Under the pieces are notes generated by a model. The model made no database searches, was not told the DNA's origin, and worked only from the letters and a program-made list of their open reading frames with translations. DNA of 27,074 bases from a virus (lineage: Duplodnaviria; Caudoviricetes): positions 1 through 27,074 of the IMG/VR virus record IMGVR_UViG_3300006114_000052, one strand, 5' to 3'. Shown here in pieces: positions 1 through 10,085 of the stretch (positions within the stretch are counted from its first letter, which is position 1; the number at the start of each line of letters is the position of its first letter). The position numbers and the translations under genes are program-made.

Positions 1-2099
1 CCAAGCCTAACCGCATCCGGGGCCGTTTTAGATAAGGTATGAGCTACCTGACCCGCGGCAATAGACCCGAGCACCCCATGCCCAGTTAAAAGCGAAACCA
101 TGCCTAGCGCGGTTCCAACCCCATATTTATTTAAAACAGCAGAAGTCCTAGCTGTGTTTGAAAAGTTATGAGGGACTTTGTTTAGCTGTTCTTGAAGAAT
201 AGCCATTCCATCGAGCTTGTTTTGTAAAGGTTTAGGAATTGCGAAAGCCCGCATTTCTGGGGACATCTTTTCAATAGCCGTTTGAAGCCTTCCAATGTTT
301 AAAAGCTCTCCGGGCTTTGCTTTGTTTACGCTTTGTTCAAGAATGTTTGAAAGGTGATATTGCTTAATTGCCTCAGCAGTTCGAGGAAAGTTGTTAGAAA
401 GAAATTCGAGCAAATGCGCGTCATTTGTCCCTGACATTCTTTTAAGCAGGGATTCCCCATCCGTCAGCGCCATAGTTCTGACGCCTTTATCAAATCCAGA
501 AGTTGAACCACTTACCCCTAACCGATCATTAAGCGCTTCTCTAAATTCTGATAGTCTCCGATATTCAGCTTGAGCCGCCCTAAACCTTCCAACGAGCTCC
601 GGGCCTTCAGTAGCCCCCAAATGCTGAATAGCTAAATGATCTTCCGCGTTTCTTAAAACCCCCTTTATAAGTGATCCAGCCCGAGAAAGCGGGGTCTGCT
701 GTCCAAAGGGTAGAGTGCTTTTTGTTCTCTCCCCAATCTGACTAATCATTGAGGTCAAATCGCCCAAAGTTTGTTTTTTAGGCAAAGCGTTCAAAACCCT
801 ATTCATTTCATCGCGGATTTCAGGCAGCGCCTCCTCAGCAAGCCAGCCTTCTTTTTGAGCCAAAATATGAAGTTGGTCCTGAATGTGTGAGGCCGTTCCT
901 TTAATAAACTCATCCGGCCTGTTCATGATTGGGTCGCCAGGAATCAAAACATCTTTTACAAACTTACCGCCCTTGTACTTGCTTTTGATGTTTTCAAACT
1001 CTTGAACCACGGGGCTTTTCATTAGCGAGTATTCATCCGCTAAAACCGATCCAATTCGCTTGCCGGACTCGAATTTGCTGATTTCCGGAAGCGTTTTAAT
1101 CTCATCCGGAGTCATGCCGAAAGCGTTTCCAATCGCCTCTTGTGCGGCCTGGTGAAATTCTTTTAAGGAGTTTTGATATGCAATCCCACCGCCCGAGGCA
1201 TCACTTTGCTCTAAGGCTTTAGCCATTCTCTGAATGGCTGGGTCTTCAGCCATGGCCGCAACAATTTCGGGTTTCGGTTGAATACCCACTAATTCCATGG
1301 CGTTTTTAACCGGATCGGAAATGATTTGAGTTTCTTTTCCACCAAGCTTGTTTGTAATGGTTTTAAGGATTCCCCCGGTATCGGACCCGAAAGCCTTTTT
1401 CCACGCTTCTCCAGCGGCGCCAAATGCACCGCCCAAAGCCCCACCCAATACCGCGGACAGGGTCATTGCAGGGATCGCGGATTGAGCGGCCTCATCCGGG
1501 TTTTGTCCCATAATGATATTAGACCCAATATCGCCAGCCGTATAAAGCGCGTTTTCCACCGCCCCAGCCACAACCTTAGAGCCGATTTTATTAACAAGCC
1601 CGGCGCCTTCACCGCCTAGACCTGCAAGAGCAGCCGCCTTTTCACCAACATTAGTTAAAACACCGGCCTGAGAGTATTTACTTAACGCCTTGGCTCCCGC
1701 TTGAAACAACTCAGGAGCCTCAAGGCCAGCCCTTGCCGCTGCCGACAATCCAAGTGAGCCAACAAAAGGAGCAGCAAATCCCGCCAGTTCTGCCGCTCCA
1801 GCTAAATAAGGATGCTCTTCCTCAAGCGCCTTGGCTCTCCCCATCATTCCCTCAGGAGAAACGCCCAAACCGCGTTCGATTGCTGGAATGACTGGCCCCG
1901 CTAATCCTCGACCGAACTTTTCAGCCAATCCGATAGCCGTTTGACCGGGCGTTTGAAATTGACTTTCATAGCTTTCAAACTGATCAACCGGGATAGCGCC
2001 TTCAGGAATTTGTTGCGGCTGCGCTTGTAATTGGCTAGGCTCAGCGGCCTCGAATTGATTGACCGGAATAGCACCAGCGGGGATTTGTTCATTTTCCAT
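1..2099 (-). CDS. Large ejection (internal virion / DNA transfer) protein, 3' end truncated by window edge (>=699 aa)
   Basis: Not in ORF track because no stop lies in the window. Manual translation from ATG at 2099 (1 nt after the stop of the 569 aa gene) stays open to the edge: MENEQIPAGAIPVNQFE...AVLGGALGGAFGAAGEAW...DAVRL. Gly/Ala-rich helical composition; third gene after the nozzle-GNAT pair. Confidence 0.8.
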   Translation of the reverse strand, partial: MENEQIPAGAIPVNQFEAAEPSQLQAQPQQIPEGAIPVDQFESYESQFQTPGQTAIGLAEKFGRGLAGPVIPAIERGLGVSPEGMMGRAKALEEEHPYLAGAAELAGFAAPFVGSLGLSAAARAGLEAPELFQAGAKALSKYSQAGVLTNVGEKAAALAGLGGEGAGLVNKIGSKVVAGAVENALYTAGDIGSNIIMGQNPDEAAQSAIPAMTLSAVLGGALGGAFGAAGEAWKKAFGSDTGGILKTITNKLGGKETQIISDPVKNAMELVGIQPKPEIVAAMAEDPAIQRMAKALEQSDASGGGIAYQNSLKEFHQAAQEAIGNAFGMTPDEIKTLPEISKFESGKRIGSVLADEYSLMKSPVVQEFENIKSKYKGGKFVKDVLIPGDPIMNRPDEFIKGTASHIQDQLHILAQKEGWLAEEALPEIRDEMNRVLNALPKKQTLGDLTSMISQIGERTKSTLPFGQQTPLSRAGSLIKGVLRNAEDHLAIQHLGATEGPELVGRFRAAQAEYRRLSEFREALNDRLGVSGSTSGFDKGVRTMALTDGESLLKRMSGTNDAHLLEFLSNNFPRTAEAIKQYHLSNILEQSVNKAKPGELLNIGRLQTAIEKMSPEMRAFAIPKPLQNKLDGMAILQEQLNKVPHNFSNTARTSAVLNKYGVGTALGMVSLLTGHGVLGSIAAGQVAHTLSKTAPDAVRL

Positions 2100-2100
2100 C

Positions 2101-3810
2101 TTATTTACCCACCGGGACCATGTAGTTGCCTCTTCTAATATACAGCTTCCCGTTTTTATCTTTTACGGGTTGCTCGGCTGCCTGTGCTTGAGCCTGAGGC
2201 ATTCCGCGCGGCTTATACCCACCGGATAACTGGTTACTCATGGATGACATAAGCTTATCAGTTAAGAATTGCTTAAATGCCTGAGTCCTGGCCCCGCTTG
2301 ACATAAGCTGACCGAATTGGGTCGGATCGCTAAACATTTGAACAATATTGTGAATGTCCTCACCTGACAATCGTTTCAATCCTGAGTTTTCATTCACTAA
2401 CGGAATAAGCTGAGCTCTAATTGCTTGCGCGGTTTGAGCAGCTTTACTACCTGGCACAAGAGCCGCCGAACCAAGTTGAGCCAGTCGATCCAGTTGAGAG
2501 AAGATCGGTTGCATAGTTCCAATTTGTTCCCGCAGTCCCTTAGCGCCTTCCTTATCAATCGCAAGTTTATAGCCCGATCCGTCGGGCATCATCACCGCGC
2601 GCTCTCTCATTTCAGGAGGCAACAACTCAAGCCCTCCTGTCATTTCAAGCTGCATTTTTTGAATGGCAGCATTATGCATTAGGTCAGATTTGTCTTTTTC
2701 AAGCTTGGCCTGAAGATACTGGATAGTCCCGGCTCCAGCAGTTCCTTGAGCCTTTGCGGCCGCCTGCCTGAGCTGGCTTTGCAGAATGTTCAGGCTTTGA
2801 AGTTTAGTTAGGTTGTACGCGTCTCTTTGATTGTTTAATAGTTCAAGGTTATGGCTAAACAGTGACTTTTTGCGCCCAACATTATCAATTTGGGCTTGGA
2901 TGTCGTTTTTAATTTGATCATCAAGGTATTGAGCCGCGTAGTTAGGACCGTGAGTCAACCCAGCACCGGCACCGCCTAAAATCAACCCAATGGCGTTTAG
3001 GATTCGTGAGCCTGTGCTCATGTTTTCCATGTAGCGCTGAGCATTGATTGGATGATCCATCAAATCCTTTTGAATCTTAGCGTTTTCATCCATAAACGGT
3101 TGCATATGGCGCTTGTAATTCCAAAGATCAATAGCGTTTTGCTGTCTAAAGTTTGCTTCTTGTTCAGCCGATGATTTTGCGTATTGTTGTTGACCACCCG
3201 CTCCAAGTTCTTGAGCTTTTTCCATGCCTTCAAGGGCGCTTTGTTGCTGTTGCAGATATTCATCAAAACTAGGATAGGTCATTCCTGGGGTTGTTGGTTT
3301 TACGGGTTCAGTTGTTGGTTCGCGATATGCTTCTTGTTGCACCGGTTCAGGTGCGGGCTGAAAAGAAGGGCCAGAGGGTTTAAGTTTCTCAAGGTCAGGG
3401 ACCGGATTCCCAGATTCGGAAATTCTTCTTGGAGTGTCTAAAAATTCATTCCATGTTGGATGCTGAGCAAAGTACAATGAACGGTCTAGCATTTCTTCTG
3501 TAGTTGGGCCAGCGCTCAGCTTATTTGGATCAAAGTTATCCATGGATGATGTTTGATCAAAGTTAGGCAGTTCTGAGCTATCTTGAGAGCTTTCAACCAA
3601 CCCTTTTTCAGCGAACATTTGCCGAGATTCAGGAACTTCCTTCTCTTCGCCCATCATTGGAATTTTATCTAAATCTTGTCTCATTTTGGAAGAAAGAGCC
3701 TTATGAGCCAAAACGATTTGGTGACCGTGTTTAATGTGTTTAAGAGTGGTCGAATGCTTGTCTGACTTTACTTTCTTAAAATTACTCAAATCCATTCCAA
3801 AGTTTTTCAT
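2101..3810 (-). CDS. Ejection (internal virion) protein, 569 aa
   Basis: Gln-rich coiled coils and a hydrophobic segment (ILNAIGLILGGAGAGL); position in the podovirus ejection cluster; overlaps the upstream gene by 4 bp. Confidence 0.7.
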   Translation of the reverse strand: MKNFGMDLSNFKKVKSDKHSTTLKHIKHGHQIVLAHKALSSKMRQDLDKIPMMGEEKEVPESRQMFAEKGLVESSQDSSELPNFDQTSSMDNFDPNKLSAGPTTEEMLDRSLYFAQHPTWNEFLDTPRRISESGNPVPDLEKLKPSGPSFQPAPEPVQQEAYREPTTEPVKPTTPGMTYPSFDEYLQQQQSALEGMEKAQELGAGGQQQYAKSSAEQEANFRQQNAIDLWNYKRHMQPFMDENAKIQKDLMDHPINAQRYMENMSTGSRILNAIGLILGGAGAGLTHGPNYAAQYLDDQIKNDIQAQIDNVGRKKSLFSHNLELLNNQRDAYNLTKLQSLNILQSQLRQAAAKAQGTAGAGTIQYLQAKLEKDKSDLMHNAAIQKMQLEMTGGLELLPPEMRERAVMMPDGSGYKLAIDKEGAKGLREQIGTMQPIFSQLDRLAQLGSAALVPGSKAAQTAQAIRAQLIPLVNENSGLKRLSGEDIHNIVQMFSDPTQFGQLMSSGARTQAFKQFLTDKLMSSMSNQLSGGYKPRGMPQAQAQAAEQPVKDKNGKLYIRRGNYMVPVGK

Positions 3811-5330
3811 TTCAGCCTCTTCACGCCTTTTTTAGCCATAATTTTAGCGACAAACTTAGCCGCGTTATTTACGGGGTCAGATGATTGCATGATCTTATTA
3901 GGGATCACCACTTCACCAGGCGACAACAAAGCTTTTACAGTGTCGTTTCTGTAGTCATTGCCTGGGAATTCTGGAGTGCCCGGAACATGGCCGCCAGTCT
4001 TAAAGTTATGCTCTCCACCATGAGCGTAATGGACGCATTCTGAATCATGGTCATCATGAATTTGACCACCATGAGCGTGACAGTTCCAGCGCTTCAGTGC
4101 TGCGCCTTTAGGTGTCAATTTGCCGCCTTCTGATGTTGGACCCTTGACGCCTTTCATTCTAGCGCAAAAAGATTTCTTTCTTCCGGCTTCTTCGGTGCCG
4201 GGCTTTGGGTGTCCGGTAACAGGACGCTTTAAATGTGACCCGTGTTCTCTATTGTACTTTTCGCGATATTCATCATTAAGCCCGCCAGTGCGCGAATGCT
4301 TTTCCGGATTGTAGCCCTTAAACGGGACTTCTGAGCCTTCAGCCATTTTAAAGCGGTTAGCAATATCAATATAATGTTTATGAATTTCTCCGCCTTCAGC
4401 GGCAGCCATAACGGTAGGCATTTGATTCGGAGCCATAGACGGACTGAATCCAGCGTCTGGGGCCGATACAGGAACATTATAATCCACGCCGGCAGTAGTG
4501 CCGCCATAAGTAGTCGTCGGTTTTTGTTTTTGTTTATCAGGTCCGAAATCTACAGTAGGAGCAGCAATTGGGGCTCCTGCTGTAGAATAAGTAGGATTAT
4601 CTCCAGCAAAACCCGACATAAAGTTGCCAAAATGCGACCCACCTACTGACCCACCGTCAGCATAATGAGGGATTTCCCCGCCTTCAGCGGCCATAATAGC
4701 TTTACCGACCCCACCTAAAATACCGCCCACTAATCCGGCTTGATTGCTCATTCCTTGTTGAGCAAGGCCAGCTTGCAAAGCTGCGTTGGCTTGATTGGCT
4801 TGGTTGGTTAAGGATTCCTGAGATTGCGCACCTTGGAGCCCTGTAGTCGTAGCTCCAATTTGATTTGCAGCCATTTGGTTAGCTAAACCGGCTTGAGAGC
4901 CAAGAGCGCTTAAAGCTTGGTTAGCTTGCATGGTAGCGGCTTGGCCCGCGGCTTGTTGTTGAGCATTAGCCCCAACATTGGCAGCATTCCTAGCCATCAA
5001 ACCAACATTTGCACCGGCCCCGCGCTGACCAGCCATAAGCGCCGCTTGGTTAGCCACATTCTGCCCGGTAGCTTGAGCAAGCATTGCTTGAGCCGGATTT
5101 GGTCCTTGGCCCGCGGCAATGTTTCCATACTGCCCATAAATGTCTTGTTGCTTTTGAAGCCCGCCCTGACCCTGTAACGCATTCAAAAGGGCTTGTTGCT
5201 GTTGATAGGCTTGTTGTGCCTGGTTGTAGTCGCCCTGCTGTTGAGCGCCCGAATAAGGTGCCCCAGGCACATTGAAACCAGTTCCGGCTGTACCGCCGCC
5301 TAATCCTAACGCATTAACAAAGGCACCCAT
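3807..5330 (-). CDS. Ejection/pilot protein (P22 gp7 / T7 gp14 positional analogue) with modular C-terminal extension
   Basis: G/A/Q/N-rich N-terminal half ending in GLVGGILGGVGKAIMAA. Then AxGG repeats, a DUF6321-like block (GGLN...RKKSFCARM...LKRWNC) and a terminal GG-VPG...DTVKALLSPGEVVIP domain. Confidence 0.7.
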   Translation of the reverse strand: MGAFVNALGLGGGTAGTGFNVPGAPYSGAQQQGDYNQAQQAYQQQQALLNALQGQGGLQKQQDIYGQYGNIAAGQGPNPAQAMLAQATGQNVANQAALMAGQRGAGANVGLMARNAANVGANAQQQAAGQAATMQANQALSALGSQAGLANQMAANQIGATTTGLQGAQSQESLTNQANQANAALQAGLAQQGMSNQAGLVGGILGGVGKAIMAAEGGEIPHYADGGSVGGSHFGNFMSGFAGDNPTYSTAGAPIAAPTVDFGPDKQKQKPTTTYGGTTAGVDYNVPVSAPDAGFSPSMAPNQMPTVMAAAEGGEIHKHYIDIANRFKMAEGSEVPFKGYNPEKHSRTGGLNDEYREKYNREHGSHLKRPVTGHPKPGTEEAGRKKSFCARMKGVKGPTSEGGKLTPKGAALKRWNCHAHGGQIHDDHDSECVHYAHGGEHNFKTGGHVPGTPEFPGNDYRNDTVKALLSPGEVVIPNKIMQSSDPVNNAAKFVAKIMAKKGVKRLK

Positions 5331-5660
5331 TCAAATATCCTTTTTTAAAATGATTATGTCCTGACTTGCAGACTCTAATTCAAATCCATAAGCCAAGAGC
5401 GCTTTTAGGCTATTAGTGCAACCCTTTGTTGAGGGAACGACAGTTCCCAGCAACTTAGTGCATCCGCGTATCTTCGCCAGCCCAACAATATAGTCAGATA
5501 TGTTGCTCGCAATGCCCGACTTTCTGTCTTCGGGTTTCACATATATGTCGATAATATATACGGTTTTGTCATCTATGAAACGATAGGTAGCAAAGCCTTT
5601 TTCGGTTTCATAAATTTGGTCGTTCGTTCGTTCTTTTAAGTAATCCCCGTATAAACTCAT
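5331..5660 (-). CDS. GNAT-fold acetyltransferase in the tail module (T7 gp13-like position)
   Basis: YIIDIYVKPEDRKSGIAS matches the GNAT motif A (V.P..R..G.A); ends in the typical ..YGF. Confidence 0.8.
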   Translation of the reverse strand: MSLYGDYLKERTNDQIYETEKGFATYRFIDDKTVYIIDIYVKPEDRKSGIASNISDYIVGLAKIRGCTKLLGTVVPSTKGCTNSLKALLAYGFELESASQDIIILKKDI

Positions 5661-8600
5661 TAACCCACGGTATTCGCCGCAGCGATAGGCCGCCAGCCCT
5701 TTTTAATGGCAACAATCAAGTTCAGACCGGAGAGCGTTAAACCCTTCCCAGCAGGGACAGAATATGACCCGTCATATACTTCCTGGAAGTTAATTTGAAA
5801 GGATTGGCAGCGCTGCCGCGCTAGGAATACCCGCCACTGTTCTAGCTGCGGATTCCCACCGTATGGGCTTCCCTGACCGTAAGGGCTGTCATTCCCATAA
5901 GCGCTCGAAAAGTTATCAGGCGAAATCAGGTCTGACTGTTCCGGGCTATCGTTGTAGTCATAAGAAATGCTCAAATTAAGTTTATGCGGCGTGTAATACT
6001 GCCCAATCAAATAAAAGAAATATGCTCTCTGATACCCCTGAATCCCAGCTAGGTTAATCCAGGATGTGGTGAATTGCATTAGAACGGGATTTGTTCCATC
6101 GAGGTAAGTGCCAGGGCTTTCCTGCAAGATGTTCCCGTAGGAGTTAATGAAAGTATGTAGCCCGCTAAAAATCGCGCTTGATACATTCGAAATGCCCGTA
6201 AAGGTTCCCCACTGTTGAAAGAAATAATCGAACATCAAAGTAACGCCGTTTGAGAGCGAAAACCTAACCTGGTTTTGATCGGGAATATTGATAGACGATA
6301 ATACTTGATAGCTATTGTATGCCTCAACTGGGGCGCCGATGTAGTTCGTGGACAAATCGCGTCCTAATACCCAAATCCCCTTTTGAGATTGGAACATTAA
6401 GCCTTGAGGCGTGAAAACAATGCTAGCCGGGTTAACGCAGCCAACAGTTGAAGTAATGAAAATCGGATCGCTATATTGAGAGTTTGCGCCAGTATTATCT
6501 GGGCCGATTCCGTTAATGTAATAAATCGCGCTTTTCTTAAAAATGATGAGTTTATCATCCATAGCAGACAGGGCCGTAATCGGTCCGGTCGTTGCCTGGG
6601 ATGATGTGGTAGGGGCCACATACACGGTTAAAAGATCGCTCATTTCAACCGGGGTTGCTTCAATGATTTGTTTAGAATACCAAAGCAGGTTTCTATCTTC
6701 TGAATCAACCATCCAAAGCCTATTGTTAAAAAGGGCCATGATTGAGGTTGCGGGCGGGTGAATGTTCTCTAAAACGCCGCCCGTTGTATAAAGGATGTTA
6801 TTTCCAAGGATTTGAGCATCAGTCAGCGTATCAGTCACGGTCACATAGTCAGTAGTAATGCTGTTTAAAGTTGGAGCCGTGATCGAAGTGACTTGATAAT
6901 AAACCTGTTGAGCTACTGACCAGCGATAGACCACAATCTTGACCGGATTGCTGGTTTTGTAGGTAAGGCGCAAAGTGGGCACATTAATTGTAACGCTTCC
7001 GGTAGTTCCTGATCCAGAAGTTAAAACCCCGACCGGGATCGAGGGACCTGATCGGTTAATATTGCCCTGATTATCAATCCATTCATAAGTGACTTGATAA
7101 TAGTAGGATGGGACGCCAGCCACATAGCCTGAGGGTTGTGCAGGTATAGAGCCGCCCGTGCTTGACCATGTAGCCTCTACGCTATCCGGGTAAAGAAAGA
7201 AATTTTGTTCAACCGGAGCAATTCCATCATAAGAAGTCAAAAACCCGCCCGCAATGTTAAGCGCTCCACCCGTCTCGGCTGCAACCAGCGCCGAGGTTCC
7301 AAAAGTAATCCCCACCAAGTAAATCCCGGTCTGAGAGTAAATCCCATTTACCTGGGTACCTGCTGGGACATTAGTATTTTTGTTAACCGCTTGGATCAGG
7401 TCTTTGTATAGGTATGGACAAAATACATTGGCCCCATTCACCGTTGGGGTTGGAAGGCCGGTAACATAATAAGCGGATGGTCCGTTTTGATAAGCAAAAG
7501 TGGCAACCGGCTGACCGGCCCCGTTAATTAGGAAATAGGTTGGCTGATATGTGCTGTTATAAAGCGCAAAGAAATAGGAAACGCCGTTATAGAGAAACGC
7601 TTTAGAGGCCAACCCTACTGATCGAACCAAAGTTGGAAGGTTTGTTACGGTACCAGCTTGGGAGACAGTAGAAGTCCCAATGAAATGAGTAGGAATAGAG
7701 CTATCATATCCGTAATTGTTGGAAACTTCATAATAGGCCGTCAGAATACCATTTTGAGCCGTACAAGCTACATTTAGTGCGTTCGAACTTGATAAAATAA
7801 GGGTTGGGGCCAAAATTGGATTTATTAACTGATTGAAAGCCAAAGTTTTGACATTTCCGGATGAATCAATCCAAGTTACCCAAATGACTAATGCCGTTAG
7901 ATCAATCGTGACATTGATGTTTTTTGCTGAATTACCTGAATAAGTTGTAGCACTAGAAACACTTAAAGCGCTCGAAACCGTACTAATTTGGATGGTTGTC
8001 CCAGTAGCGTTATAGGCTAGATATAGGTTTCCGTTATAAACCACACCGTCAAAAGTCCCGGTTGAGGCGCCGCTGTAAACTGTAGAAATGTCTTGAGCCG
8101 CAACCGGGCTGTTCGGAGTCCATTGAGAAATGGCTATAAACTGGAGATGGTTAGTCGCAGATACAAGGCTATCAAATACAACAATAAAATACGGAGCGAG
8201 ATAGAATACTCGGGGCGCATAAATTGTGGTTCCTGTTCCTACAATCGCAGTTGGGAGAGTTACAACTTGCTCAGTGGCCTGATCTAAAATGATGTACTTA
8301 TAGGTTAGCGTTCCGTTATTGTTTTCAGTGTAAACAGTACATACCAAACCGTTACTTGAAACCGCGCTATCCGCATATTGCTGGTTGAGGTTATTCCTAA
8401 GGATAGAGCTAGACGCTAAATTCATAGGCGTCATAGTTCCCTTGGTTGTCCAAGTTTGAGACGCGGAGCTATAAGAACTTAAATTGCTACCGATAGCCGT
8501 TAGCCCACCGTTATAGGTTGTCAAAAATCCCGCGGTTGAATCTGGGACATTTGTTAGCGTGTTAAAACCATTCCGCTTTTGAAGCTGTCCCAATTTGGTG

Positions 8601-8710
8601 AAGATGCTGTTTTGAAGCGATAGGAAATTTCCAATCTGAACCCGCCAGGGATCGGTCTTTGTATCCAGTCCTTTTGCAAAGCTGATGTCAATCGGTTGTT
8701 TCTGAAGCAT
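5660..8710 (-). CDS. Tail nozzle / tail tubular protein B-like (P22 gp10 / T7 gp12 analogue), 1016 aa
   Basis: N-terminal F.KGLDTKTDP...N..F...G.L.KR.G. Beta-rich with propeller-like FNNRLW...LWYS and GC..P.SIV.TP.GLMF segments; sits directly before the GNAT and ejection genes. Confidence 0.75.
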   Translation of the reverse strand: MLQKQPIDISFAKGLDTKTDPWRVQIGNFLSLQNSIFTKLGQLQKRNGFNTLTNVPDSTAGFLTTYNGGLTAIGSNLSSYSSASQTWTTKGTMTPMNLASSSILRNNLNQQYADSAVSSNGLVCTVYTENNNGTLTYKYIILDQATEQVVTLPTAIVGTGTTIYAPRVFYLAPYFIVVFDSLVSATNHLQFIAISQWTPNSPVAAQDISTVYSGASTGTFDGVVYNGNLYLAYNATGTTIQISTVSSALSVSSATTYSGNSAKNINVTIDLTALVIWVTWIDSSGNVKTLAFNQLINPILAPTLILSSSNALNVACTAQNGILTAYYEVSNNYGYDSSIPTHFIGTSTVSQAGTVTNLPTLVRSVGLASKAFLYNGVSYFFALYNSTYQPTYFLINGAGQPVATFAYQNGPSAYYVTGLPTPTVNGANVFCPYLYKDLIQAVNKNTNVPAGTQVNGIYSQTGIYLVGITFGTSALVAAETGGALNIAGGFLTSYDGIAPVEQNFFLYPDSVEATWSSTGGSIPAQPSGYVAGVPSYYYQVTYEWIDNQGNINRSGPSIPVGVLTSGSGTTGSVTINVPTLRLTYKTSNPVKIVVYRWSVAQQVYYQVTSITAPTLNSITTDYVTVTDTLTDAQILGNNILYTTGGVLENIHPPATSIMALFNNRLWMVDSEDRNLLWYSKQIIEATPVEMSDLLTVYVAPTTSSQATTGPITALSAMDDKLIIFKKSAIYYINGIGPDNTGANSQYSDPIFITSTVGCVNPASIVFTPQGLMFQSQKGIWVLGRDLSTNYIGAPVEAYNSYQVLSSINIPDQNQVRFSLSNGVTLMFDYFFQQWGTFTGISNVSSAIFSGLHTFINSYGNILQESPGTYLDGTNPVLMQFTTSWINLAGIQGYQRAYFFYLIGQYYTPHKLNLSISYDYNDSPEQSDLISPDNFSSAYGNDSPYGQGSPYGGNPQLEQWRVFLARQRCQSFQINFQEVYDGSYSVPAGKGLTLSGLNLIVAIKKGWRPIAAANTVG

Positions 8711-8714
8711 TATT

Positions 8715-10085
8715 TCACCATTCGATAATTGCTATACCATCACTACCTGACCCACCAGGACTAGTACCAGATTGAGCTGCTCCTCCTCCACCAATTGCTC
8801 CTTGAAATATCGAAGCACCTATATAAGAAGACCCTCCACCCCAATACGAAGCTCCCCCATAGGCAATATATGTATATGTATTACTTTGCGGAAAACCATT
8901 TGAGCCGTTAGTTCCAAAACCATATACGCTTGGGTCTGAAATGTAAGCTCCACCACCTGTGCCTCCTCCAGCCTGTGTGGATGCATAACCTCCACCAGTA
9001 CCGCCGTAAGCACCCATTAAAGAACCAAAAGATGATGTTCCTCCCGTTCCTCCCTGCGAATTATTCCCCCCAGCACCGCCGGCACCAACAACAACTGTTA
9101 CTGTACTGCCCACAGTTAATCCTGAAATATATCCAAAAACAGTACCTCCACCACCACCACCACCGACTCTACCGTTACCAGGTCCAGCTCCTCCTGATCC
9201 ACCACCTCCAGCAGTTAAAGTAACTTTTATCCGAGAAGCAGGAACAGTAAATGTATAGGTTCCGGCACCATATATGGTTACATTTGGAACACCACTTATT
9301 GATAACATTGCACTAACTTGAGCAGCAGTAAGATCAATCGGTGTGGCGGATGATCCGGTGTTATTGCCCTTGATTGTGTTAGCCGGCATTACGGCAAGGT
9401 TTGAGTTTGCTACCGTGTTTGTCGCGATGTTTGAGCCAGTAATCCCACCCGATACCGCAACCGAGGCGGTCATATTACCTGATGAATCAATAGCTACAAA
9501 GGATTGAGCGCCTGGTAAGGCTGGAAGAGTAACCGTGTAATTGCTTGCAAGCGTAGGCGCTGAAAGCGTAATTCCATATGACCCAGAACTACTATTTCTT
9601 AAAATGATGTTTCTACCGTCAATGCTACCCGCAACCCCGGTAGCAGATTGAAACACATAAGTTGAAGAAACTGAATTGAATGAAACTGAAGCCGTACCGG
9701 AAGGCAATCCAGAAATAGACCCTGCTCCAGAATTCACATTCCCGTTATTTGTGATTTGAACCTTATGCCCTACGGCATCATTCCAATAAAGCTCTCCGTT
9801 TGAGCCTACAGAATAAGAGCAGTTTAGATCAGACCCACCCGACAAAACGCTTGATTGCGCCACATATCTAACCGACCGCAAGTTAGTCGCATTGTTGGCA
9901 TTAAAAGGAAGGTCGATATTGATATTAAGCCCGGTGGGATTGATTTGGACGCCTGATCCGGGAGAATGGTTGTGACCATCAAGAATGCTCAAGTCCTGAT
10001 TGATTTCAGTAGCCCATGCTGGTCCGTATTCAGTTCCGACCCCTGGGAGAGTCAAAGTCATGTTAGGCGTTGTGGTCGTAGCCAT
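8715..10085 (-). CDS. Tail fibre / receptor-binding protein with Gly-rich C-terminal domain
   Basis: N-terminal TTPNM.L.LP..G...W...IN anchor; PANTIKGNNTG..A.P.DL repeat unit; C-terminal glycine-rich domain (YTFTVP...GGGG...GSDGIAIIEW). Confidence 0.75.
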   Translation of the reverse strand: MATTTTPNMTLTLPGVGTEYGPAWATEINQDLSILDGHNHSPGSGVQINPTGLNINIDLPFNANNATNLRSVRYVAQSSVLSGGSDLNCSYSVGSNGELYWNDAVGHKVQITNNGNVNSGAGSISGLPSGTASVSFNSVSSTYVFQSATGVAGSIDGRNIILRNSSSGSYGITLSAPTLASNYTVTLPALPGAQSFVAIDSSGNMTASVAVSGGITGSNIATNTVANSNLAVMPANTIKGNNTGSSATPIDLTAAQVSAMLSISGVPNVTIYGAGTYTFTVPASRIKVTLTAGGGGSGGAGPGNGRVGGGGGGGTVFGYISGLTVGSTVTVVVGAGGAGGNNSQGGTGGTSSFGSLMGAYGGTGGGYASTQAGGGTGGGAYISDPSVYGFGTNGSNGFPQSNTYTYIAYGGASYWGGGSSYIGASIFQGAIGGGGAAQSGTSPGGSGSDGIAIIEW

